Shown here piece after piece: positions 26,026 through 39,467 of a DNA stretch of 64,000 bases (its first letter is position 1; each line of letters opens with the position of its first letter). The stretch lies in NCBI GenBank assembly GCA_964247055.1, contig OZ176055.1:2294001-2358000 (forward strand). The letters are read 5' to 3'. The translations under genes and the position numbers were made by a program. The notes below the pieces were generated by a model that saw only the letters and a program-made list of their open reading frames with translations, had not been told where the DNA came from and did no database searches. The DNA comes from Paragordius varius. Taxonomy: Eukaryota > Animalia > Nematomorpha.

Positions 26026-28800
26026 TTATTATTATTATAGCAAAGATCGATGTCAATTTATTGCTTTTTCGAAGGTATATTTTCTCCAGTTATTCGATTG
26101 TACGCGAGTTCTGTTAGCTGTTGTCAAGAAAAATTAGTTTCTTTGTTTAGGATTTCGATCCAGCGCATCTTGCAGCGACCACGTTTCCTGGATCCTTCGA
26201 CCTTGCCTGTCATTATTTGGAATTCAAAGTCATTAGCTCTGGTAATGTGACCAAAGTATGATAATTTCATTTTGAGGCACATGCCGATCAGGTGTATCTC
26301 GGGATTTATTTTGTCAAGGATTACGGGGTTTATTTTGTCTTTCCAGGTCATTTGTAGTATCTTCCGCCAGCACCACATTTCGAAGGCGTTAATGTATCTT
26401 TCGTAATCCTTTTTTATTGTGCAACTTTCTAACGCGTATAGCATACTAGGGAATACTAGGGATTTGATTTCGGATTTTTGTTTTGATTTTGAGTCGTGTG
26501 ACGACCATAGTTTATTATATTTTATCATTTTTGAATTAGCGTCCTATTCTTCTTCTGATGTCGGGGGTGCTGTTGTTAGTGGTGTTTATAAGACTGCCTA
26601 ATAAGTGTATTGGGAGACTACTTTGATTTTTGGTTGTCAAAGGATAAGTTATTATAATGATTCTGTGCGTATACATTCATAATTTTAATTTTTTTGTAGT
26701 TGATCGTCTGACCAAATTTTTGACATTCAGTTAAAAATTCTGTTAAGAGTTTTTTAGGTTGTCCACTGAATTTGACAGCAGTATAGTGTCGTCAGCATAG
26801 TTAAGTGATGATATGATATTGCCGGCGATGCTTATGCCATTAGCCTTATCTATATTTCTTAATACACTTTCTATTCAAACGTTAAAAAGAGTCGGTGAAA
26901 GGACGCATCCTTGTCGTAAACCATTGTTCATTCGTATCCAATCACTTGTGCCTTGTGGGGTTTTTATGGTTAATGATGAATTGGAGTAAAGGGATTAGAT
27001 GATGTATATTATATGATCTGATACTCCAATCTGAGATAGTGCCTTCCACAGCGTGTCGTGCTTCACGATGTCGAAGGCCTTTGAATAATTAGTGAAGCAG
27101 ATATGGGTTTCTTCCTGAAATTCGATTTGTTTTTCGAATATCCAGCGTACATTGCTAATCATGTCCCTGCATACGCGATTGGTTCCAAATCCCGCTTGGG
27201 TGTTAGAAAGTTCGGCTTCAATTATGCCTTGGATAAGCCTGTGAGTTCTTTTGAGAAAAACATTTGAGGCTTAATTAGAGCTATAGTTTTATAGTTGTTA
27301 AATGATTTATGATCGCCTTTTTTCAAGATGGGGAGTATTGATTTGCACCAATCTTGGGGAAATGAGGCGTGAGCAAATATCTTTTAATATAAGTCAGTTA
27401 GGATATAAATTGGGATAAAACGAATGAGTTTGGTTGAGATAACGTTGTGCCCCTCCGTTTGTTGTTTGGGGAATGGTTTAGCGCCCATTCAACATATTCT
27501 TTGACGATCTGCGGGTCATGTTGATAGATATTACTGTTTTTATCGGCGTTTGATAGGCTGGTGCCGTATAGTTTTGATATATATTGTTCTCATTGTTCCA
27601 CCAGTGTTTTTTTGTCTGTAATGATATCTCCATCTTCCTTTCTCATTGGGCCTTTGTAGCTTTTAGACCTACGTGGTGCAATGTGATCTACTTCAGCAAA
27701 GTAGTCGTTGTTATATTTAGCAGCGTTTTCTAATTTTGAGCACAGCTGGTAGTAGTGATCATTTTGTCGTCCCGAGCGCATTTTTGGAACTGTGCGCTAT
27801 GTGATTTGTACCCTGCCGTATTATTATTGCGTTTTGCTTGCCGTTTGTCCGCTAAATCTAAACTTTTTTATGATAGCTTTTTTTGTTATGATGGGATTTT
27901 TGGATAGGGATGCATTCTCTGGCTGTAACTTTAGTGCTATTTTGTATTAGTGTCATCGTCAATATCGAGTGTTTTGAATCTGTTTACAAGTTAGGAAACT
28001 CGGGGGAGATCGCAGAAAAATCTAATTTAAGTTTATGTTGAGATTTTGGTTTGCGTGAGAGTAGTAGTTTAATTTTATGTTCAGCTCCAAGGAGATTATG
28101 ATGTAAGAGTCGGAACCTGGGTAGGTTTTTACATTCATAAATGAAGATTTATATTTTTGCGTAATGAAAATAAAGTTTTGGTTTCTGTGCCTCTTGCAAG
28201 GTGATGTCCATGTGTATAACCTTCTCTTGGGTTGTTGGAAAAAGGAGTTTGAGATAAAAATTTGTGTTCGCTGCAAAATTCTATGAGGCGGTCGCCTCTA
28301 TTGTTTTTATTTCCCACTCCTTTTTCACCAGTGATCTGGTGTGTATTATCATTACCTACTATCGTGTTAAAGTCGCTCAATACAAATATAATGTCTTTTT
28401 TGGGATCTCTCTTAATAGCCAGCTGAGGGCCTCGTAGGAGTCTTCTTCGTTGTTAGAGTTAGTAGGGGCATAGATTTGAATATCGTTATTGGTTGTGGAG
28501 ACGAGTTTAATCGAAGTTATATTATGCGATCGCTGTGTGGGTGTTTAGATGAGTTGGCAAGTGATTTGGTCACTATTAAGGCCACTCCGTTTCTTTAAGG
28601 GTATCATGACCTGAGTAGAATAGGATGTGATTTTCATATTCTATGTGACTGTTTAATGGGATGTGGGATTCTGCTATCCTTAATACACTGATGTTGAGTT
28701 TCACCATTTCTTTAATAATAACTTTTGTTGGTGGTGCCGCGTGAATTCCATGTACCGATACGTAAAGACAAATCGCTGGAATTAATTTTAATCGAAACAG
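26025..28800 (-). mobile_element. Second decayed RTE-like LINE (different family, (TAA)n tail)
   Basis: Minus-strand motifs IGTWNSRG, SDFNTIVG and LYTWTSP, an RT region, YALESCTIKK...FEMWCWRKIL and GRCKMRW. Ends in ataataataat at about 26025-26040, abutting the hAT transposase 3' end. Confidence 0.85.
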
Positions 28801-30077
28801 GCACTGTTTGAATTTTATTGGACTTTAAAACTGTAGTTTTGTAATCAATGCCCCGTGAATGCTGTGAAGGGATTGGGGAGTCTTGTGCAAACTGTCAAGT
28901 CAGATTGGTTTTGTTTCACCCCTGATACTGTTTAGATGATGTGGAAAATGAGGGAGGATGTGTTAGCAATGGATAAGTTTGGGATGAAGATAAGGAAAAA
29001 ATGAGTTGTATTTTGGAGGATGAATGATATTTTATGGATAATTAAATTTTAGTTTAAAAGAATATGATTTTCTGAGAATGATGTTGTAATGGGAATCCGA
29101 TAAAAGTAGGTGAAATGGTTGGTAAATGCTTGTCTAATGCGTTGGTTAAATGCTTTCATTAAAACGGTCGAAAAAAGAAAAAATACATCTTCAAAAATAA
29201 TTGGTACTTCTTCTGGAGGGTAGGCATACCAAGCCTTTTGCTAAAACGCATTCACTCAAATAAAAAATATACCAATGAATAAAATATTTTTTTATATTTA
29301 TAATGTATTTGTGTTAAAAATAAATAGATATTACAATAATTTTTTGTATAAAAATTTTTGGTTGTACCCCCCCCCCTTTCTCAGATTTGTAATTAACACT
29401 ATTATAAAAGCAATAATCAATATGGCTTTTATTTACTTTTTTTATTTCCGAGTATGCCAGCTGAACATGAACAAGCAGTCATATAAGATATCATTTACTT
29501 AATAATAAACATTATTTTTATGATTATACCCAATAAATATACTCTAAGATAATGGATATTTGTATTACGTTTATAATCCTTTTATAAAATGGGACACAAT
29601 TAATAAACAAAGTTGTTTGAGTGTTTCCTTGTACGCATCTCCAATTAATTTAAAAAATGGCTGTTAATTTGCAATATCAAATGGATTATGGAACAAGACA
29701 GTAATAATACCTATGTTTAATTAAAAAAATAATTTGTAAGAATGGGTGTAATAGATGCAGCTTTAAAACCTATATTTTTATAATTAAATAATGTTTCTAT
29801 AAAACTATATAAAGAATGATGGATATGCAATTACTTTTTTGAGATATAAAGTGTCATTTAACATAAAGCACTTTTTTTCTAAAAAGTTAAAAAAGAAAAT
29901 TGTTAAAATAAGGACTGGCTATGAACAGCAATAACCTATTAATAAGATAACTTTTAAAAATTTATTAATTGATTAAAATGAATAGGTATGATACAAATAG
30001 AATGATAATACGGACACATGATACCATTTATTTGCAATTACATAGATTATTAAAATAAAATGAAAAAGAATGAATTA

Positions 30078-30254
30078 CAGTATGCATTTTAGTGGTTGCT
30101 TATCTCACACTTAGGGCAATTTACAAAACAGTAGTTAGTGTATAGACAAAAAGAAAGGAAAAAATTGATTAAACATTTTGTTATTTTTTCCATACACTAC
30201 TGTGTTGCAAATTGCCCAATTATAGTGTGAAATAAGCGAACATTATGCATACGG
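30078..30254. mobile_element. Tc1/mariner-type MITE (about 180 bp)
   Basis: TA|CAGTATGCATTTTA ... ATGCATACGG|TA. Homologue at 59909-60089. Confidence 0.7.
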
Positions 30255-30525
30255 TATCAATGCAAAAATAATGTATATTTTTTTCTTCATACCTCAATTT
30301 TTATCACCGCGAAAAAATTAACGTTTAAATATATCAAATATTTTTGTTAAACAAAAAGATAGATATAATGTTTAAAATTAACTATCGAAAATTTGGTCAT
30401 GTAAATAATAATAAAAAGAGAAAATAAATAGGCATTAAACATGTTATAAAATTAAATTGTGAATTTATAATCCGCTCGAAAGGAAACCCCGCAATCGTAA
30501 TATAATGGCGTTAAAATAAATGGAT

Positions 30526-33500
30526 TCAAACGAGCTCATATTTGTCTGAAATGAGTTGATAAGTGGAGCCAAATGGTAAATTATCTTGTGTGATGGTATC
30601 ATCTGTTGCTGATTCATCGAGGTTTGTAATTTGCGTAACCTTTTGATAGCATTTAAATAAAAATTAGAGTAATCACAGCTATTTTTTAAACATGACATTG
30701 ACCATAATATAATTTAATACTGACAAATAAATAATATTAAAACATGATTTATTACTACCATAAAATTATAAGGAAAAGATTTATATTTTTTGAATGCGCA
30801 AAAAACCAAAATTATTATAGAGTTAACAACTAAATTGGAAATGGTGCGCAAATTTTAGATAACTTCAAATTCAAACGGGTCGATTCAAATGCATTCATAT
30901 ACCGATTGAGTTTTAAACTTAAAACTCAAACAAAAATTATGTCAAAATTAATATACTCGTAAATCAAAGTATGGTTGAGCAGCATTTAAATAATCCCCAT
31001 CATCATTTTTGTTTTTATCCGTATTATCAAAATCATTTTCTTCTTGTTCGGAAACTCCTCCCTTTTGTGCCGTAAAGTGTCGATGTGATCGAAACGAGGC
31101 TCGAATAGGGAAAAAATCTTGGCTAGATATACTGGCAGCTGAAGCGGCGACAATATTAAAATCTAACGTTCCTATCACCATACTACTAGGTTGTAATTCT
31201 GCATCATTGGCTTTTTGCGTTTTATTGTTTGGTGCCATAATAAATGGTACGCGCCAAACAAGGTAAGGGTGGGGACTCCCGGCTTTCATGTGTGTTTTAT
31301 CGTAATCACCCTCAGAACACTCTGTAACCGTTAAGGAACGGGTGTTTGATCTAGTAAGAATAATTTTATAACATTCATTAAATTTAGGTGAAAATGTTGG
31401 GTTGTGTTCTCAAAAATGGCATTAAAACATTATTTATGCATAAAAAAGATTGTATTTGAAAGTATTTAAGCATTCATTTAGTTAGTCATAAAAAACTGGA
31501 AACGGGGATATAAAACGAACAAATCACTAAATTAAATATCATAAAGGTGTATAAAAAAATTTCAGTTTATTTTTTAATTTACATCTATGATTTAATATGC
31601 TAGAAATATGGAATATATATTTATTATTTAATATATGTATATGAAAAAAATTATGCGAAAACCAAATTGTAAAAATAATAATTATTAAAAAAAAGTATAG
31701 TATGAACATACGGCACAGGAATATGGAATTCCACATCTTCCAATGATAAATCTGAACGATTCAACGTATATTCAAAGCTAACCTCAAACCCTTCAGGCGA
31801 TTCACTGGGCCAACAAGTAACTTTAATAACACAATATTACAAATAAAAATTATGTTCATGTTTATTAAGATAATAAGAAATCTAAAAACATTTTAAAAAT
31901 TAATTTCGACTCCCTTTAATGGAGTCAAAATAATTTGCTTGTTAAACATAAAAATAAGGATAATCTTCTTTTAATAATATTTAATCGATCTTCACATATT
32001 AATCAAAAAAATTCATATACATATAATATTTAGGATCAAATTGTGTAAAAATACCGTATATACATTGCAGCCTCGCCTTTGAAATATTTCATTGTCAAAT
32101 TTCATTGCGAAAGAAAAAAAGATAACTCCAAATTAAAACACAATCACGTTGAATTAATAATGCAAAAAAGCTTACGTGATAAGGGTATAAATGACAATGG
32201 ATCATCAAATCCATTCAAATGCCATTTAACTACACCGACATCCATATTGAGTGGGAAACTTTTGCTTGCATCCTTGAGGCAAATTATATTATCGTGTAAA
32301 AAGGCTTTTTTATCAATGTTTGGATGACACTATATGTATATAATTAAGAAATTAAAATTTATCACTATTCATGCGTTAGATTGAAAAGCTAAAAAAAAGC
32401 TATTTATAAGGGTGGAGAGATACCTGTAATTGGGGTAAACTTTTTAGCGAATCCAAAACACGTTGTGATAGAGATGATTGCTGCAAAGATTTGGATTTAT
32501 CTGTTGATCTATAATATGGAATAAAAAAACCAATTATGTAGGGGCTTCAAAATGTACAATGTATAATTTTAAACCAGACATAAAAATATTAAAATGAAAG
32601 ATCAGAGATGAATAAGAATGGATATAATATATTAATTAAAATGACTGGTGGCTTTTTAAATTAATAATAATCACTTGGAAATCTTTTTTATTATATTAAC
32701 AAAGAAAATCTTTTATATTAATTATACCCATTTTAATAAACATTACCCGCTAGTAAAAAAAATTTTTCCTGGTGCTATCTTTTTTCAATAAGGTAATATT
32801 ATTTTTGTAATGTATAGATAGATTCAAAATGTTTAATATATGTATGTAAAAAATCAAGAGATAATCGCAAAAACTGTACTTTTTATTGAATGTTTTGTTA
32901 CTGTTTATGATAGAAGAATCATGAGTGTTTTGAGCGGTTGTTGTATTATTGTTGGGGTTTTGAACTTGAAGGGAAATTCTACCGTATTGGGCATCGCTGA
33001 CCCGCAACATAAGAATACCATGAATGTCTAAAGATTGGACTCCCCCGTTATGATCTAAGGTTGCGCTTATGCGTTCTTCAATATTCACGGAAATGCTAAA
33101 TATGTTAGGGGAACAGAAAAAAGTTAGTTTAAGAAAAAAAAAAATATATTTTAGACTGTTTTACTCATCTAAAGGTGCTCCTCCGATAACATTTTTGTCA
33201 ACATCAGTTGTGCCATTACTAGTAATTTTTAAATTGTCTATGGCATTTGCAAGTTTAACATCTATAAATATATAGTAATTTATTTATAATAATTTACAGT
33301 TAAAAAGAACGAAACTAATCTGTAATATTCTTTTCAATAATGTTAATTAATAAAGTATTACCTTGGCCTTCGGAAGCAAGTTTTTCTACAAATGAATCCA
33401 AATCCTTTTGTTTCCCACCCAATTTCATAGCTTTTCCCGCAGCAGGTCTAAATTAAACAATTATTATAAAATAAAGCTATACATGCTTTTCCTATAATTT

Positions 33501-35829
33501 TATATATACATCAATTTGTTTTATATTCCAAACTTTTATTAGTGAATACATGCCCTTTATAATCAGTACACTTTTGATATTCCGGCATGATAATAAAATT
33601 AACAAAGTAATTGAAAGTGGGAAACTTTCAAGTCAACTCTTAAACTAGCAATCATTCATTTTTAAAACTTTGAACATTTCAAATATTTATTAAAATTCCA
33701 TCGCAAAATAACAATACTTAAATACATACATATAAATTTAGAAGATAAATTAAGAGCTAAAATAACCTTGTATATGAGCCATGGCTGTACCGATGTAAAA
33801 TTAAAAAGTAGAATTCTAAGTTTGTTTTTCTACAAAATCATTAAAAGTACTTAAATTACCAAAAACATTTAAATCCGCGAAATAACCTGGGCAATATATA
33901 GATGTGTTTGTGATTACAAATACAAAATTATTACTCGTATATCTTATGCAATAACCTTTTTAGAAAAATCTACTTCACAAATAGTTTATTATATAAGTAG
34001 GCGAAAAATAAAATTTACACCTCATTCTAATCGCCATGTATTAAAGGTATTATGGTATACCGCCGCATCAAATAAGTACCATATACTAGTTTTTATAGTT
34101 TTGAAAGATTTAATTGCTTAAAATTGAATCCCCGATAAGCGCTTAACTCTAAACAATCTTAAAGAGATAATGCGTTTAAAACTAATTGAAAAAAGTCAAT
34201 AACCCATTGACGTCAAAAAACAGTGTTAATAATAAAATTATAAAGACAAGACTTAAAACCTAAAAAATATATTTTTATAAAAGCATCAATTAAATCCCGA
34301 CATTATTTTGGGTCGCGAAATAGGGAATAGTGAAGAAAAATATAAAGGCATTATATTACATAAGTTAAAATGGTAATTATATAGTTTATGTTAAAGTATG
34401 GTTAAAAAAGATTTATTTTTTAGTTGCTTCCGATATTAATGACAAAAAAGTATTTTTAACACAAAATATAATTTAAAAAAGTGTCCTCTACATTAAATAG
34501 AACATACTTTGAAAATGTTATTACCACTATAAACCTACTCTGAAAAAGAGTCACTTTATGATTAACATAAATAAATATAAAAATTTAATTTGATTCCGAA
34601 TTGAAATATATACAAAATTTTCGATACATAATAGCATCTTTTTCAATGGATTAACTAAAAACAAAGTAAAGTAATAATAATAATAAGATTTAATTAAAAC
34701 AAAATTTGAAATAATCCATTGAAAAAGATACAACCATGTATCGAAAATTTTGGACATGGTTCAATTTAATAAATTTTACGAGAATTCAAATGATTAATTT
34801 AACATAAAATATATGGTTCTCATTGACAATATTAATAAACAAATATGATATATACTTTGAAAAGGGTGTCTTTTTGGTTAAACCAGCAGAAGCAGCGTTC
34901 CCATTGTAAAGATTTCGGGATTCTGAACCAAAGGGTGAGACATCTCTTATGGCTGCGGAACCGAATGAACCGGTTTTAACTGATGCCGATAAGGACGCAC
35001 TTCCACCCTTTTTAAGGGCTTCTTTGCGAGCCAAAGCAAGTTCTTTAGCCTTACGTTTCATATTTTCATGTGCTTCCCGTTCTTGACTCTATAAGCAGGA
35101 TAGATGGTATAATATAGATTTGCCAACCAATAAAACATATTTAATAATAATTTATGGGGTATTTGTGATTAAATTATATATAACAAGATGATGAAATGGT
35201 TAATTAATCAATCCGAATTGTCAAATATTTATTAAATGTTCAAAGTAAGATTAAAAATAATTTATAAATAGGAAAGGTACACGGTTCAAAGTGTTTAAAT
35301 ATTAAACCTTTCTTAAGGCCTGGAATACTTTTTCTTCGTGTGAATCCATGTCAGTAAACGTTTTAATTTGCGACAAATTAACACTCTCTCGGTATCCTAA
35401 TGCAACTATTTCATCGAATGCAAATATTAAAGAAAAGGCATTATCCAACACATCCGATTTTGACATGCTTTTGCAATATTCGGGTATCTATGTTTAATTA
35501 TTAAATTATTACTAATTTTGAAAAAAGTCGCAATGTTTCAAGATCTTCCAGAATGTTACTGGCTTTGGTTGTTATGAGCAACATATAAAGCTTATCCAAT
35601 GGTTGATATACATACCTAACACTTTCAGATTCCACAAATGTGTGTTGCTTACCTAAAATATATATATTTGAATGAACCTGGCACAATGAGCTTAGGAAAA
35701 GATGCTAATAATCCATCGGCTCGACTTTTATTTATATCTATAAACTGACGTGAAAAAAGAGCTAAATATATAAATAATTATTAAACCTTTTCCAGATTTG
35801 GTGCAAACAGCCGCAATTAGCAATACCAT
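30526..35829 (-). CDS. ARCN1: Coatomer subunit delta (delta-COP), 13 exons, about 644 aa
   Basis: Exons (minus): 35829-35787, 35761-35678, 35652-35513, 35487-35308, 35088-34856, 33447-33362, 33261-33165, 33095-32880, 32508-32424, 32329-32176, 31820-31712, 31350-30957 and 30639-30526. Total 1935 nt, all GT-AG and phase-consistent. The translation reads [21 protein letters not shown]...[17 protein letters not shown]...[13 protein letters not shown]...CHPNIDKK...TCWPSES...DKYELV*, matching the delta-COP family. Confidence 0.93.
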
Positions 35830-35987
35830 AATCTATTTTGTTTCGACTTAGAACCTGGGCCACGTTTGTGTCAAAAAATTAATTACCATTAAAATCGTAA
35901 AAACAGCTTGGCCACATCTGAATGTGGAAACCTATTAATTTTTAGGGTTATTGGTATTATCATGGCTAGGACTATTTTATTTACACC

Positions 35988-36026
<39 letters not shown>

Positions 36027-36334
36027 TATAAAAAAAATCTTATTTGAATACATAATTGATATTACATTTGTTGCTGACCATTGCATATGGAAGTAAAATT
36101 ATACCCCAAAGCTTAAAATTGCATAAATATCTGTCTTCTTCTGTTAGAGAAAATAAGATTATACATTTTTTACAGTATGATCAAAATTTGTGATAGTAAA
36201 CAATCGATGAAATAAACATATTATATAAATTTGTTGCTAAATGTTTTAACTTAGTGACTACACCGGTAATTTCCAAAACGAATGGCATCCCGAGCCGCAT
36301 TTTCAGCTCAAAAAATTTGGCGGGCCGCAATTAA

Positions 36335-37515
36335 CAATTGGATACAACACATTCAATTCAGTCCTTCTATTGAAATTGGGGCAGTTATATACCCCAAGCA
36401 TGTTTAAAATTAAATATTTCAAAAAACATGGAACCATGGCAAAAGTTTGCACTTTAACATTAATGAACGGAGGTATAATAAAAAATTCATTCATAATTTT
36501 TGATATTACTAATTTTAAGGTAAAACTTAAAGGTAAAAATTTAGTCAACACATGTGTGCATTAGCTAAATATAAAAATAATACAAATAAACTAATATTTC
36601 TGTTTCTATTAATGTTAGATGTGATTTAAATAAAAAATTAGCGTAAATTTTAGCTTTAAAATTAAATAAACGGGATACTTTGTAAAAATGTTAGTCTGAT
36701 ATGACATTTTTTTTCAAAATTAATTATTATTATTAAGCTATTTTGGCATATTAATATAATATTAAAAATTCGTTTCATTTAGTCGATTTTAAAAAATATC
36801 AACTTTATTATAGTCTGGGGTGTTTAAACACCCCATATTAACGGTTTATGATCTTTTCACATCTTTGTCTGCGATGACATATTGAGGTAGTTTTATATCA
36901 CAGATCTTAATCTTGGACTACTTTGAAAGTTGATTAGAATTAAATTAGTAACGCTTCGATTCAAATTGGGGTATTTAAATACCCCAGATTAAATTTGAAT
37001 TAATATTTTTAAAAACTACTGAAGGAAACGGTCCCAATTTAAATTTATGCTTAATAAAATCATATAAATATGCCAAAATATCTTAATAAAATTTTGTTTT
37101 GAAAAAAAGTTCCATGTCCAACTACTTCGACGCCATTTTTATTTTACAAAATTTTTGGAAAATATCATCTTCATTTAAGGGTAAAATTAGAGCTAATTTT
37201 TTATTTAAATTACATCTAACATAGATACAATTAGAAAGAACGGTTTATTTTGTATTATTTTTTGATTTTATAATTTCAACACATGTAAAGTTGAGGAAAT
37301 TTTTACCTTTTGGTTTCAGCTTAAAATAAGTAATATCAAGTATTTTAAAATAAATTTTTTTATAAATTTCGGTTTATTAATTTTATATAAGTGCAAAATT
37401 TTGCCACGGTTTCGATTCCCATACTTTTTAAGGTATTTGATTTTTAATAGATCTGGGGTGTCCAACTGCCCCAATTTGGATCGAAGGACTAAAATGAGTG
37501 TGTTGTATCCAAGTG
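36335..37515. mobile_element. Two piggyBac-type MITE copies in inverted (tail-to-tail) orientation
   Basis: 36335-36842 is forward and about 36950-37515 is the reverse complement, both of the 9023/41210 family. The spacer is about 100 bp. Confidence 0.75.
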
Positions 37516-38822
37516 ACGTTGTTCTCCTGGACTAGATAAAAAGCTATTAGTTATTACAGTTGTTCTATACGCAGCCGGGTCACATATAGTAAAATACTAC
37601 TGCACCAGCAAATTTTATGCAAATTTTACAAAATCTAAGTAAAATTAATTTTCTTAACCATAATCTCTGAATAAATGTGTCCGAATTTTGACAACGAACT
37701 AGCAAAATTTAAAATAAATAGTAATTCACAGTCTCAGGTTTAAAATCTAATAAATATTGTAATTCTCCCATATTTTCAAATGCAGCCTATTGGATTTTTT
37801 TATCCTTGAGGCCCGCAAAGCCATTGTGTTAGACCCCCCTGCTCTAGAGTCTAAAATTGCGACAGCTCCAACATAGGATAGAACTAAACAGCTAATTATG
37901 AAATCAAACATCAAGTTTTTGCTGGTAAAATTTTGCCTGAAAGTTTACTGAATTTATTCACATTTTCTAACCATAATATACCGTTATCTGCCTTTTATAT
38001 TAGTGATTTAGCACTTTATGACATTTTGGGTTAGTTCTCCAGAGCGATTTAAAATGTAAGTGCCATAACCAAAAGTATTTAAATTATTAAGCCGAATAAA
38101 AAAAGGAGAGTTTGCAAAAAATATTCAGTTCAAGCTTGTTTTCCGCCATTTTCTCCCATTAATTTTTGCAATCACTAATTCAATAGACAAATGTATATTA
38201 TGGGTAGATGCAAATAGTTAACTTAATGCCTTTAGACAAATACTTGATATATTTTGATTTCAATATCAGCTGTTCGCGTGTTTAAAGGCTGTCTTTTAGG
38301 CTCTAGAAGTCGCAAAACTGCAAAATTATAAACTTTTTATCTAATACAAACCAAAATAATTTCCAAAACAGCAGTTTATTTACAATATTGAGTGGGATAT
38401 ACACCTCAATATGTCAAGTAGGACAAAAAAGGGACACAAAGTTTTAAGTAAATTTTAAAAAATGTCGGCCAAAAGGTTTAGGATGTGGTTTTTTGCAAAT
38501 TTTTTTAAAAAAAATTGTATTATGCGCCTAAAAGCGGATATTTTTGAGTTAGGCCTAGTACCTCAAATACTTTTCAAAATATTGAAATTTTTGCTTTGCG
38601 ATAAAAAACTACCCCAAAAGTTTAAGTATTAACAAAACAAACGCCCATCACTAAATAATTTATTATAATTTCAATCATGTGATTATAAAAAATTTATGAC
38701 CACTATATATTCATTAATATATTTTAAAATTTTTTTATTCCGTTGGCGAAATTCGGAAGATGCCATTCTCAAAATCAAAAAGCTAAGTTTATATTAAATA
38801 AAAAAATTTATAACTAGTTATA

Positions 38823-39467
38823 TACCATTTGCACTTCAAGGGTGTCCTTGAACATTTCAAGTTGGTCCTTGAACATTTCAAGTTGGTCCTTTGACTTTTT
38901 TGTTTTGTTTTAATTTTTATCTATCAAATCGTAATTAATTTATCATATTGTTTTTAACCTATTTTCTATTATTTACATAAATTTTAAATCGATATCAACT
39001 TTTAATCTTTGAGAAACCGTATATCTTTATTAATTTCTTATAATAATTTTGGATAATTATGATATTTTAACACGAAATGAAAAAATATTTAAGATTTCTG
39101 GGTTATTAATTAAAAATTTTTATTAAAAACATTTAAAAGTCAATAATTTTTTTCAGTTGAAAAAAAATAGTTTGAAACAAAAAAGTGGTTTTTCAATAAA
39201 AAATTTTATTTTTAAATGAATAAATATATAATAAATAAAAAATATTAGGTTAATAAATAATAAAATTAAAAAATAAATGAAAAAATTATGGTTTAATTAA
39301 AATTTATAAATTTTAAGGACGAACTTGAAGTGTTCAAGGACAAACTTGAATTGTTCAAGGACCAACTTATATTGTTCAAGGACCAACTTGAACTGTTCAA
39401 GGACCAACTTGAAATGTTCAAGGACCAACTTGAAGTGTTCAAGGAGACTCTTGAAGTGCAAATGGTA
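38823..39467. mobile_element. MITE with 21-bp subterminal repeats (TA TSD)
   Basis: TA|TACCATTTGCACTTCAAG ... CTTGAAGTGCAAATGGTA|TA. Tandem AAGTTGGTCCTTGAAC-type units at both ends. Homologue at 59743-62845. Confidence 0.9.

Noticed and set aside
33298-33319. Possible 22-nt micro-exon in delta-COP intron 6, flanked by 42- and 36-nt GT-AG segments
   Set aside because: Inclusion creates GAT TAG (a stop) and a frameshift. The single 100-nt intron keeps the frame. It could at most be a poison exon.
39318-39460. Regular 21-bp repeats superficially like a CRISPR array
   Set aside because: Head-to-tail with no unique spacers, inside a TIR element, in a eukaryotic context with no cas genes.
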